Shown in pieces: positions 45,138 to 53,648 of a DNA stretch of 64,000 bases. Position 1 is the stretch's first letter. Each line of letters opens with the position of its first letter. The translations under genes and the position numbers were made by a program. The DNA lies in IMG/VR virus record IMGVR_UViG_3300023117_002343, positions 11,694 through 75,693 of that record. One strand, given 5' to 3'. The stretch comes from a virus. The notes beneath the pieces were generated by a model. It saw nothing but the letters and a program-made list of their open reading frames with translations, made no database searches and was not told the DNA's origin.

Positions 45138-46081
45138 GCAGTCTTAGTACTTGTCTCGATATTTTTGACGAGTGTTGTAATGTTGCCTGTCTCCCAGTCA
45201 AACATTTGAATACCTTCATAGCCCTTGACTCCTTGATTATATGAACGTGAGGGAACAAGACATGTTACACCATGCATCGCGTATTCTGCTGCATGTTTAG
45301 GTGAATCATCAATAGCACAAACAACTTTACCTTGTTTGTATGCATCGAGTGAGGCCACGGCAATATACTTTTCTGAGCTCAGTTGAACCGAATCAAACTC
45401 ACCCACATAGGTTTCGAGCCATTCATAGGTTTCATTCATACACTTGAGCTCAGACGCAGGACGTGCCGTTAAAATGTGAATCCAGTAACCTTCATCTCGA
45501 AGGCGACCTAGATTACTAACAACGTTTTGACATGTGTCAAGTTTTCTAACTTCTCCCGAATCGATAAACTCCTGCAATAGTTCATCGCCGGCTTTACCAG
45601 CAATCGGTTTGCTCAGAAAATACTCGGAAGAAGTATGATCGACATTTTCATCATAAGTTCGATTGACCCATTCATAAAAATTTTGCCTGAATCTCGCTAG
45701 AACATCATCGACATCAACTACCACTACGGGTTGCCCTTGCCATTTTGACCAATTCTTCTTAGACCGAACATTTAGATGAGAGTCTCTAGACGCAAACGCC
45801 TGCAAGGCATCGTTCTCATCGTAACCCCATAGATTAAGAATCGCTAGACAATATCGATAAACGTCCATTGTTTCAAACAGAATATTCTGCCTGTGTGTAG
45901 GGGTAAAAGTCTGGCGATGACCCCTGTAGTCAACAGCATCAGCTAGTTTCGCCACTTCTCCATGCATTGCCAAACACAGTGTCTTGTGCTTTTCTATTTT
46001 TTCCAACTCTGACATCTCAGCCGCATCATAGAAAATTCTGGCAAACTGTGCCTGTTTTTCCAAAAGTTCTTTCAATGTCAT
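45134..46081 (-). CDS. All-alpha NTP pyrophosphatase (MazG/dUTPase-like) fused to a HAD 5'-nucleotidase-like domain
   Basis: N-term HGEV...ETMDV; C-term DVDDVL, ILTARP and IDDSP. Confidence 0.75.
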   Translation of the reverse strand: MTLKELLEKQAQFARIFYDAAEMSELEKIEKHKTLCLAMHGEVAKLADAVDYRGHRQTFTPTHRQNILFETMDVYRYCLAILNLWGYDENDALQAFASRDSHLNVRSKKNWSKWQGQPVVVVDVDDVLARFRQNFYEWVNRTYDENVDHTSSEYFLSKPIAGKAGDELLQEFIDSGEVRKLDTCQNVVSNLGRLRDEGYWIHILTARPASELKCMNETYEWLETYVGEFDSVQLSSEKYIAVASLDAYKQGKVVCAIDDSPKHAAEYAMHGVTCLVPSRSYNQGVKGYEGIQMFDWETGNITTLVKNIETSTKTA

Positions 46082-46086
46082 ATCTT

Positions 46087-46311
46087 TTACTTTGGGTTGT
46101 TTACAAGATAGCTGATGTGATCGAGAATTTCCTCGACCTGATCATCGCCACATTCCTTGTAGGATTGCCCCATTTTCTCCTTGACACTACGCCAAATATG
46201 CGCATAGGGATTTCTTGAGGAATGTTCTGGGTGAGGAGGTAAATTTCCATCCAGGGCTTTACCCCCTAGGGCAACGGCTTCACGAATTTTCTGCATATTT
46301 TCAGGCGACAC
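46087..46311 (-). CDS. Small conserved hypothetical protein
   Basis: LPPHPEH..RNPYAH motif. Confidence 0.6.
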   Translation of the reverse strand: MSPENMQKIREAVALGGKALDGNLPPHPEHSSRNPYAHIWRSVKEKMGQSYKECGDDQVEEILDHISYLVNNPK

Positions 46312-46676
46312 TAATAGCCTCCATTGATCCTGCCTAAGTTGACTTGACCCTTTTTCATGTAGGCTTCAAATATTTCTTCGACAGAAATACCTGAATAGAT
46401 CAAAATCCCTACAAGGTAATGAAGTACATCGCTCAATTCTTCCATATAAGAATCACGATCAAAGTCTTTAAACTCTGTGGTTCGATGCTTTTTGGAATTC
46501 TTAAGCAGCATATTTGACTCAAAAAGCTCATGCATACATTCATGAGAAAGGTGCTTTAAAAACTGTTGGTTTTCCTTCTCAGCAAGATCTAAGGGGAAAT
46601 CTGGATGATCCCTTTTATCTCGTAAGAGCTCCAAGAAATCTTGTTGCTGTTTATACATTTGCTCAAATTTGTCCAC
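46311..46676 (-). CDS. Dimeric dUTPase/MazG-like NTP pyrophosphatase
   Basis: HELFE...KKH...EELSDV.HY...AY.KK..VN..R. Confidence 0.75.
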   Translation of the reverse strand: MDKFEQMYKQQQDFLELLRDKRDHPDFPLDLAEKENQQFLKHLSHECMHELFESNMLLKNSKKHRTTEFKDFDRDSYMEELSDVLHYLVGILIYSGISVEEIFEAYMKKGQVNLGRINGGY

Positions 46677-46678
46677 AA

Positions 46679-46879
46679 CTACTCTCCTGGTGCTACTTCA
46701 TCTTGCATTTTTACAAGGTTTTTTTCAAAGTTCTCGACGTAATCCGGATCCAAATCAAGAACGCCATCGTTCTCAACAAATTGAACCATGCGAATATTAT
46801 CAGAAATATCGGTACCCGTCAAAATCGCAAGTTGCAAAAGCTTTACCAGTTGTGCAATACTATTATCAGAAAGTCTCAT
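46679..46879 (-). CDS. Small hypothetical protein
   Basis: GGAGG RBS. Confidence 0.65.
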   Translation of the reverse strand: MRLSDNSIAQLVKLLQLAILTGTDISDNIRMVQFVENDGVLDLDPDYVENFEKNLVKMQDEVAPGE

Positions 46880-46926
46880 ATTTTCCTCCAGGTTTGATTC
46901 AATTTTATTAGTTTTATTGATTTTGT

Positions 46927-47724
46927 TCAGCGCTGAATTTGTGGAACCCAGTGCGTGGAACGGCCGTCTCCAGCATCCTCTTTAACCACTTCGTGGCCGT
47001 GAGGATCTGTCTTTCTTCCGTAAACCTGGAAGAAGTCTACCGCTTTGGCGTCTCCCTCAGGTGCACGATAATTCCTAATTGAAGCGCCTTGTCTTTCGTA
47101 ACTTTCTTTAAGAACATTTTCTATGGCCTCCTTGAGGTTTTTCATGTCTTCTGTCGACAGAGATCCGACCAATCGGTACGGCGACAGTCGAGCTCGATAT
47201 AGAGCTTCAGCTTTCACATAATTGCCAACACCGCATATAACACTCTGATCCATGATCGCTTTGGTCACGGTCCAGTGTTGCTTGACATCGAGTGCAGCAT
47301 TAAACCTTTCACTCGACACATCTTCGCTCAGCATGTCTGGACCCAAACTGTTGAGCTTATCAAAAAATGCTTTTTTGGTCCGAATAACTTTCAGCGTGCC
47401 AAAATTTCTGATGTCAGAGAAGAATACTGGCGGGCCTGAGTCAAAATTAAACTTGACGCGATTGTGCTTGTTGCTCGAGTCAAGAGTCCAATGTCCAGTC
47501 ATTCCCAGGGTATTCAACAGAAACTGGTCATTTTCCAGGATCCAAAATATGAGCTTGCCCTTGACGCCCACTCCAACAACTTTGGTCGGCTCAAACATTT
47601 CTATGCCTGTAATAGGCTTTTTGCAATATCTGCCAGAAATGGGCTGAATAGACAGGCATCTTCTAATACCAACCATTTGAGCCAATGACTCCCCAATCAG
47701 TTTTACTTCTGCTCCCTCTGGCAA
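46927..47724 (-). CDS. Fpg/Nei DNA glycosylase with a zincless finger
   Basis: MPEGAEV, KGK, LGMTG, DIRNFG, GVGNY and GRSTHWVP. Confidence 0.92.
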   Translation of the reverse strand: MPEGAEVKLIGESLAQMVGIRRCLSIQPISGRYCKKPITGIEMFEPTKVVGVGVKGKLIFWILENDQFLLNTLGMTGHWTLDSSNKHNRVKFNFDSGPPVFFSDIRNFGTLKVIRTKKAFFDKLNSLGPDMLSEDVSSERFNAALDVKQHWTVTKAIMDQSVICGVGNYVKAEALYRARLSPYRLVGSLSTEDMKNLKEAIENVLKESYERQGASIRNYRAPEGDAKAVDFFQVYGRKTDPHGHEVVKEDAGDGRSTHWVPQIQR

Positions 47725-47726
47725 TT

Positions 47727-48314
47727 TTATTCCTCCCTGTTTACGCTTTTTTCAGTTTCAAATCCATTGGGGTATCTCTTGCGTAATTTTTCTACATTTA
47801 CATGCATTGCAATGGCCATTCCGCCTTCACGCCCAGACTGAATAGGACCGTGAATCTTTTTCAGAATATGCACGATATCTTTGATGACATTAGAAATACC
47901 ATGACAAATTAGAGCTGGATTAAGTTTATGTCCGTGACCTACAACTTTTTTGACATGCTCGGTTACTTCCTTGGCATTTCGGATGATCCTGAATTTTTTT
48001 CTGAAGGATGCTGCGCAAGAATTGTTGTAATTGTCAATGTTGCCATAACTTTGCCACATGTGAAAAGGCACATCAAGCACATCCATGATTCGCGCAGCAT
48101 ACCATAGAACGTCACCAGCCTCTTTTGTCACTAAATCTATAGTATCAGCCAGGCTAATTTCGTTACGAGGATCGTAAATCTGGTCTACACAATCAATAAA
48201 TTCCGCACACTCGCCTATGAGGCCCAGAGCCAAAATGGCTAGATCGTCAGTAGCCGATGTTTCTCGGGTGATTTTTTGATATTCGTCGTAGGTGTATCTT
48301 TTAATGCCTGACAT
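47727..48314 (-). CDS. MazG-like NTP pyrophosphohydrolase (internal duplication)
   Basis: LGLIGECAE..KEAGDVLWY; NVEKLRKRYP.GF. Confidence 0.8.
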   Translation of the reverse strand: MSGIKRYTYDEYQKITRETSATDDLAILALGLIGECAEFIDCVDQIYDPRNEISLADTIDLVTKEAGDVLWYAARIMDVLDVPFHMWQSYGNIDNYNNSCAASFRKKFRIIRNAKEVTEHVKKVVGHGHKLNPALICHGISNVIKDIVHILKKIHGPIQSGREGGMAIAMHVNVEKLRKRYPNGFETEKSVNREE

Positions 48315-49664
48315 CTAAGCAACCTCCTTTTTGAGTAGTGTTTTAAGATCAGTTTCGTACATTTTTTCAGGTGTGGTCTTTTTTGTAGCTTCGAGCTCTG
48401 CCACTTTCGCTTTTTTGATCTTTCTGAGTTCTTCAGCTTTTTCTTTGGTGAGAGAGTGAATGGCCATATTGAGCAAATAGTTGTAACTGCCAGATTCTCG
48501 ATCGAAGTTCATCGCCTTGAGATCCCCTTCGATGGCTTTTTTGGGTCGATTGTTGATGACCAACCGGCCGGCAAGAATCTCTTCAATGAATTGGGCTTTA
48601 TTGTCTGCAACTCTTAGCTCCTTTTCCAGTCTTTTGATGTTGTTCTTTTTACGTAGATTATAGTATTTCAGCCTGAAATTAACAAAATATTCTACGATTT
48701 CTTCTGGCTTCTCAAATATCTTAAGCTTGCCGTGCTCGTCAAGCGTTGTGTAGTTCTCTCCGATTCGCTCTTTGATCTTAAGCAGCGCCGGAAGGCGGTT
48801 TCTCTTGACCATCTTGGCCAGATCTGCACGCTTAAATTTCAGAATGTAGTGTGGTGTCTCAGACGAGTGATCGTCGTAAGAGACTAAATCGCCCTTTTCA
48901 ATTAGTTTTTCCAGGAGCGCTTCGTATTTTTCGTAGGTGAATCCCGGCGGAATTTCGGTGACTTCAACTGTCGAAGTATTTTTGACGCGAAAATTGCCGC
49001 TCATGATCCAGGATTTTGGATTATCGGTAGCTCTCTCAAACTGGCCTGTGAAGCCATTGATCCAAGGCTTGATTTCCGGGCACTCTTTTCCTTTAAGAAC
49101 CGATAGACACGCCTTGATGAGATCGACAGGGTGACGATTGAGAATATTGGTGGCAAAGCCCACTGCGATACCGCTTCCACCGTTTAACAAGACTGTCGGA
49201 ATAATAGGCAGAAAAAACCTAGGCTCGATCTTTTCGCCTTCTTCTTCCTGAGACTCACACAAGTCAAAGTCTTGATAGAGCTGTCGAAAGTTTTCGTTAA
49301 ATTTGACGCCAACATAGCGAGGAGCTCCAGCTTCCGGAGATCGCAGCGAGCCAAACTGGCCAATGCCTTGAAATATAGGCATGGAGTTTTTGAAATTCTG
49401 AGTCATGCCGATGATAGTGGCATCCAGAGAGCCATGATGAAACATGGTCATGCTGGCAGCCAGGCCGCCAAGCTGAAAGACCTTCATAGGCTTTTCTTTG
49501 CCAGTCTTCCAAACTTGATTGGCCGTGTGAGCAATTTTTCGCTGTGAAGGCTTAAAGCCGTCGATCAAGCTCGGTATGGCTCGGTTTTCCACTGTGTACA
49601 GCGCATAGTCTCTTAGCTCCCTATCAAAAAAGTCTGAGACTGTTCTTTCGGCAACTTTATCCAT
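48315..49664 (-). CDS. Type IIA topoisomerase breakage-reunion subunit (T4 gp52-like)
   Basis: RAIPS.IDGFKPSQRK, HHG, APRY and GIAVGFAT. Confidence 0.93.
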   Translation of the reverse strand: MDKVAERTVSDFFDRELRDYALYTVENRAIPSLIDGFKPSQRKIAHTANQVWKTGKEKPMKVFQLGGLAASMTMFHHGSLDATIIGMTQNFKNSMPIFQGIGQFGSLRSPEAGAPRYVGVKFNENFRQLYQDFDLCESQEEEGEKIEPRFFLPIIPTVLLNGGSGIAVGFATNILNRHPVDLIKACLSVLKGKECPEIKPWINGFTGQFERATDNPKSWIMSGNFRVKNTSTVEVTEIPPGFTYEKYEALLEKLIEKGDLVSYDDHSSETPHYILKFKRADLAKMVKRNRLPALLKIKERIGENYTTLDEHGKLKIFEKPEEIVEYFVNFRLKYYNLRKKNNIKRLEKELRVADNKAQFIEEILAGRLVINNRPKKAIEGDLKAMNFDRESGSYNYLLNMAIHSLTKEKAEELRKIKKAKVAELEATKKTTPEKMYETDLKTLLKKEVA

Positions 49665-51513
49665 TGGAAACTCCGTCTAGCATCTTCTTCTTTCTTACGT
49701 CCGAATCACTTCCAAACCAGTCTTCAAGCGACTGATTCAGATCTTGTCCTGGCACCAATGCAAACATCTTCGGGCTCTTAATAATATCTTTATACTCCGG
49801 ATCTTCCAGAGCAGCCAGCCCCTTTTTGTAGGAGACGTTCCAGCCGGAAGACTTGTTGTTTTTGGCCCAGGCCTCAAATTCCTCATTGGTATAAAACATC
49901 AGCTTCTGATCTTTCTTGTCGGCGACAACAAGCGGCGTCATGACCCTCAGCAACTTCTTTTGCTCGAGCAGTTCCGGCCAATAACGACCAAAGAAATTGA
50001 CAAGCAGTCCCGCAATGTTGTCTCCGTCCGGATCGGCATCGGAATATATCAATATCTTGCCATAACGCAAATTTTTAGGCTCCTCGCCCAAACGCAATCC
50101 AATGGCATTCAACAGAGCCTGGACCTCTTTGTTCTGAATGACTTTGGAGGCAGGCAGTCCCGCCACGTTCAGAAACTTGCCGCGAAGCGGAAAGGCACCT
50201 TGTGTCATTGGATCGCGATACTTTCTAAAGGCACTAGAGGCTGAGTCTCCCTCGAAAAGAGACAGAGTGCACTTTTCTCTCTTGCGCCCCTTAGCATCGA
50301 TGAGCTTCAGGACCTTTTGCTTTGACAGTTTCTTGTTAAGCTGGCGAAGGGCCTTTCTCTCGTCGGCCTTCTTTTTCTGCTGCGCCCAGTCCAATATGCG
50401 CTGAATAACCTCAGAGGCACACACGGCTTTCAGAAACTTGTCAGACAGTTCGTGCTTGGAACCAAAATCTCGAGGGTCTGTAATGAGTTTCTCTTTGGTC
50501 TGCGAAGAAAAACTGGAATTGATGATGTCGGCAGAGACAAACACAAACAGGTGATTTTTAATCTCTGATGGCCTCAGATCGACCTTGTGCTTCTTTTTTA
50601 GCCGCGCGCGAATGGCATTGACAATCTGTGTTGCGATAAAATCGACGTGAGTGCCTCCGTCCGACGTAAAAACGCCATTGACAAAAGAGACGTGCTGCAG
50701 ACCTCCGTCTGATGCTCCCACAGCAATTTTCCAGCGCTCCGAGGCCTCAAACTGAATATCGTCGACGTACATGCGACAATAGGAGGCGAATGAGGGATAG
50801 CTGTAACGCTTGCCATTGAAGTAAACTTTGAGAGTGGGATTGCAGGCTGCCACGTCAATACAGCGCTTTTTCATCAGAGTGACGTGATGATCATCCAGTC
50901 CCGACATGCCAAACTGTTTAAAGTCGGGCAGATATGTTATCTGTGTGAAGCCGGCACCCCTCTTCTTTGAGACTTTGGGCTCTTCGCGCTCTCTCATGTT
51001 GCTGCGAAATTTTTGCGAGAAGAACTTTTTTCCGTCGCAGGTCTCAATGTGAAACTCTGAGGAAAATATATTGGTCAGGGTGGCACCGACGCCATTGGTT
51101 CCCGCTAGCAATCGATCTTCTGTGTCATCAAAATTTGATCCGGCTTTGAGATTGGAGAAGATCATCTCCGGTATCCACTCTTGATGTTCTGAGTGCTTTG
51201 CAACTGGAATGCCACCATTGTCTTTCACAGCAATCTTGCCCGTCTTTTGATCGACTGCCACATCGATTCGATTAAGCTTGGGATTGCGGCGATGCTCATC
51301 AGCGGCATTAGAAACAATCTCGTCAAAAATCTTGAGAAAGCCCGGATTTTGCTGAACCGACTGCATCTCGAAACGGCCTTCTTCATTGAGCGCATAGCAC
51401 TGATCGACTCGAGTTTTAGTGGAGCCAATGTACATTCCGGGCCTGGCGATACAGTGACTTATATCATCTAGCTTTTTATACTGTTCTTCAATGGTTTTCT
51501 TAGTTTTTGCCAT
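49657..51513 (-). CDS. Type IIA topoisomerase ATPase/TOPRIM subunit (T4 gp39+60-like)
   Basis: RPGMYIGS, EIVSNAAD, GTNGVGA, EGDSA, PLRGK, DADPDG and YKKGL. Confidence 0.94.
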   Translation of the reverse strand: MAKTKKTIEEQYKKLDDISHCIARPGMYIGSTKTRVDQCYALNEEGRFEMQSVQQNPGFLKIFDEIVSNAADEHRRNPKLNRIDVAVDQKTGKIAVKDNGGIPVAKHSEHQEWIPEMIFSNLKAGSNFDDTEDRLLAGTNGVGATLTNIFSSEFHIETCDGKKFFSQKFRSNMREREEPKVSKKRGAGFTQITYLPDFKQFGMSGLDDHHVTLMKKRCIDVAACNPTLKVYFNGKRYSYPSFASYCRMYVDDIQFEASERWKIAVGASDGGLQHVSFVNGVFTSDGGTHVDFIATQIVNAIRARLKKKHKVDLRPSEIKNHLFVFVSADIINSSFSSQTKEKLITDPRDFGSKHELSDKFLKAVCASEVIQRILDWAQQKKKADERKALRQLNKKLSKQKVLKLIDAKGRKREKCTLSLFEGDSASSAFRKYRDPMTQGAFPLRGKFLNVAGLPASKVIQNKEVQALLNAIGLRLGEEPKNLRYGKILIYSDADPDGDNIAGLLVNFFGRYWPELLEQKKLLRVMTPLVVADKKDQKLMFYTNEEFEAWAKNNKSSGWNVSYKKGLAALEDPEYKDIIKSPKMFALVPGQDLNQSLEDWFGSDSDVRKKKMLDGVSNG

Positions 51514-51555
51514 TATTTTTTCGCCAACTAGACCATGCATGTATATCGGTTATAT

Positions 51556-52119
51556 TTATGCTGCTTCTTTTTTCACATCTAACTGATCTACCCAATCATA
51601 AAAATTGGGATCAGTGGCCAGCCAAGACAGTTGGGATTGATCTACTCGCGCATAGGCCATATATTTTGAATTCAAGATAGAATCGGTCAGATTCGCTCTG
51701 TGCAGATTCGCTCTGTACAGATTCGCATCGGTCAGATCCGCATTGGTCAGATTCGCATTGGTCAGATACGCAGCGGTCAGATTCGCACCGGACAGATTCG
51801 CATCGGTCAGATTCGCTTCGGTCAGATCCGCACCCCACAGATCCGCATTGGTCAGATTCGCTTCGGCCAGTTTCGCTTCTGTCAGATTCGCATCGGTCAG
51901 TTTCGCTTCGGTCAGATTCGCACCGGACAGATTCGCATCGGTCAGATTCGCAGCGGTCAGATTCGCACCGGACAGATTCGCATCGGTCAGATTCGCTTCG
52001 GTCAGATCCGCACCCCACAGATCCGCATTGGTCAGATCTGCCTTTTTTCCTTTGTTGCCATTAGACTCTAGCCACAATTTGTGCTGCTTCAGAATGTGAT
52101 TGAGTTCAGACTGTTTCAT
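51556..52119 (-). CDS. Pentapeptide-repeat protein
   Basis: HKLWL..G.KADL followed by A(N/D)Lxx repeats. Confidence 0.9.
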   Translation of the reverse strand: MKQSELNHILKQHKLWLESNGNKGKKADLTNADLWGADLTEANLTDANLSGANLTAANLTDANLSGANLTEAKLTDANLTEAKLAEANLTNADLWGADLTEANLTDANLSGANLTAAYLTNANLTNADLTDANLYRANLHRANLTDSILNSKYMAYARVDQSQLSWLATDPNFYDWVDQLDVKKEAA

Positions 52120-52694
52120 GCTGCTTCTTTTTTCACATCTAATTTATCTACCCAATCACAAAAATTGGGATCAGTGGCCAGCCAAGACAGTTGGAACTGA
52201 CTCACTTTTGCATTGGACATCCATTTTGAATTCAAGATAGAATCGGACAGATTCGCATTAGTCAGATTCGCTTCGGTCAGATTCGCTTCGGTCAGATTCG
52301 TACCGGACAGATTCGCATTGGTCAGATCCGCATAGCTCAGGTACGCACCGGTCAGTTTCGCACCGGACAGATTCGCATTGGTCAGATCCGCATAGCTCAG
52401 ATTCGTACCGGACAGATTCGCACCGGACAAATCCGCACCGGTCAGATTCGTACCGGACAGATTTGCATAGCGCAGATTCGCTCTGGCCAGATCCGCACCG
52501 ACCAGATCCGCACGGTACAGACTCGCACCGGTCAGACTCGCACCGGTCAAATCCGCACCGGTCAGATTCGTACCGGACAGATTCGCATTGGTCAGATCCG
52601 CATAGCTCAGATTCGCCCTTTTTCCTTTGTTGCCATTAGACTCTAGCCACAATTTGTGCTGCTTCAGAGTGCAATTGAGTTTAGACTGTTTCAC
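51558..52694. repeat. Tandem gene duplication (about 560-575 bp period) with internal 15-bp units
   Basis: 51558.. and 52118.. share atgctgcttcttttttcacatctaa...aaaattgggatcagtggccagccaagacagttgg. Confidence 0.85.
52116..52694 (-). CDS. Pentapeptide-repeat protein (paralogue)
   Basis: Near-identical N- and C-caps; GTG start after AGGAG. Confidence 0.9.
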   Translation of the reverse strand: MKQSKLNCTLKQHKLWLESNGNKGKRANLSYADLTNANLSGTNLTGADLTGASLTGASLYRADLVGADLARANLRYANLSGTNLTGADLSGANLSGTNLSYADLTNANLSGAKLTGAYLSYADLTNANLSGTNLTEANLTEANLTNANLSDSILNSKWMSNAKVSQFQLSWLATDPNFCDWVDKLDVKKEAA

Positions 52695-52713
52695 AATGGC
52701 TCCTTTTGAGTTC

Positions 52714-52742
52714 ATTATATCATGAAGAAGCCGGCCTTACAC
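52714..52742 (-). promoter_or_regulatory. sigma70-like promoter GTGTAA-N17-TATAAT
   Basis: Recurrent motif. Confidence 0.7.
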
Positions 52743-52747
52743 ACAAT

Positions 52748-53350
52748 TTAATCAAATTTCATATTGACGTCGATGGAAACTGTCAGCTTTGGCACTCGAA
52801 GGTGATTGACCAAGTTATGCTTCTTAGCCTCTTTGGCGTCCATGAACCAATCTGCATGTTTTTTCTGCGTGACAATTTCCAGAAAGTAATCGTCTGCCTT
52901 TCCACAATTTTGTGCCATCATGGTGTAGATTCTCTCGTTTAAGCGTTCGGCCTCTCTCGTATCTGCCTTGAGCTCTTCAATTTTGCCGCGGGCAGACGAG
53001 CTAACATCGTGGATCATCACGGTAGCGTCTGGGTCAGCATATCGATAACCGTCTTCTCCAAACGTTGTTAGAACGGCACCGCAAGACATAGCCTTACCTT
53101 GAACAATAGTGGCAATTGGCAGATCGGAACCTTTGATTGCGGAAATCATAGCCATTAGGGAATAGACCGTTCCTCCGAAACTATCCACTATAACCGGAAT
53201 TATTTTCTGGCCAGTATTGTGAGCAGCGCCGATTGATCTCACAAATTTTTCGGCACTCTCCTCATCGAACTTGTTGACTTTGACGATAATGGGCTTTGCG
53301 CGCAGCTCAACATCCTTAATAAGTCCGCTGACAGTAGTCTTAACAAACAT
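52748..53350 (-). CDS. clpP: ClpP-like serine protease
   Basis: SFGGTV, GKAMSCGA (Ser), MIHD (His) and DWFMDA.EA. Confidence 0.85.
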   Translation of the reverse strand: MFVKTTVSGLIKDVELRAKPIIVKVNKFDEESAEKFVRSIGAAHNTGQKIIPVIVDSFGGTVYSLMAMISAIKGSDLPIATIVQGKAMSCGAVLTTFGEDGYRYADPDATVMIHDVSSSARGKIEELKADTREAERLNERIYTMMAQNCGKADDYFLEIVTQKKHADWFMDAKEAKKHNLVNHLRVPKLTVSIDVNMKFD

Positions 53351-53648
53351 AGGTTTTCTCCTCTAGCCAATTTTTAAATTCACTTACAGACCTGAAGCCT
53401 CTGAACAGATCGTGCTGACAATTGGGACCGAAGTAGTCCTGCAACTGTCCATCGTCTACGCAAACAGATCTGTACTGCCAGATTCTATCTGCATAGCGAT
53501 TAATTCCCATATAGTTCTTGAAGTCTTCGTAGTCTGCAGACCTTCTGAGCTGGCCGATCTCGTAGCCTTTTTCGATGCAGTACAAGGACAGAATGCTGTC
53601 TTCGTCTCTATCGTGCTTCTGTTGCCAAACCAATTTAATTTCTTTCAT
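53340..53648 (-). CDS. Hypothetical protein
   Basis: ATGA coupling with nrdA. Confidence 0.55.
   Translation of the reverse strand: MKEIKLVWQQKHDRDEDSILSLYCIEKGYEIGQLRRSADYEDFKNYMGINRYADRIWQYRSVCVDDGQLQDYFGPNCQHDLFRGFRSVSEFKNWLEEKTYVC

Noticed and set aside
51611-52099. Cys-rich (CESDR)n, (GQIR)n and (VRFAS)n ORFs
   Set aside because: Alternative-frame and antisense shadows of the 15-bp pentapeptide repeats; no RBS
51556-52694. CRISPR-like appearance of the short repeats
   Set aside because: Contiguous 15-bp coding units with no unique spacers and no cas genes
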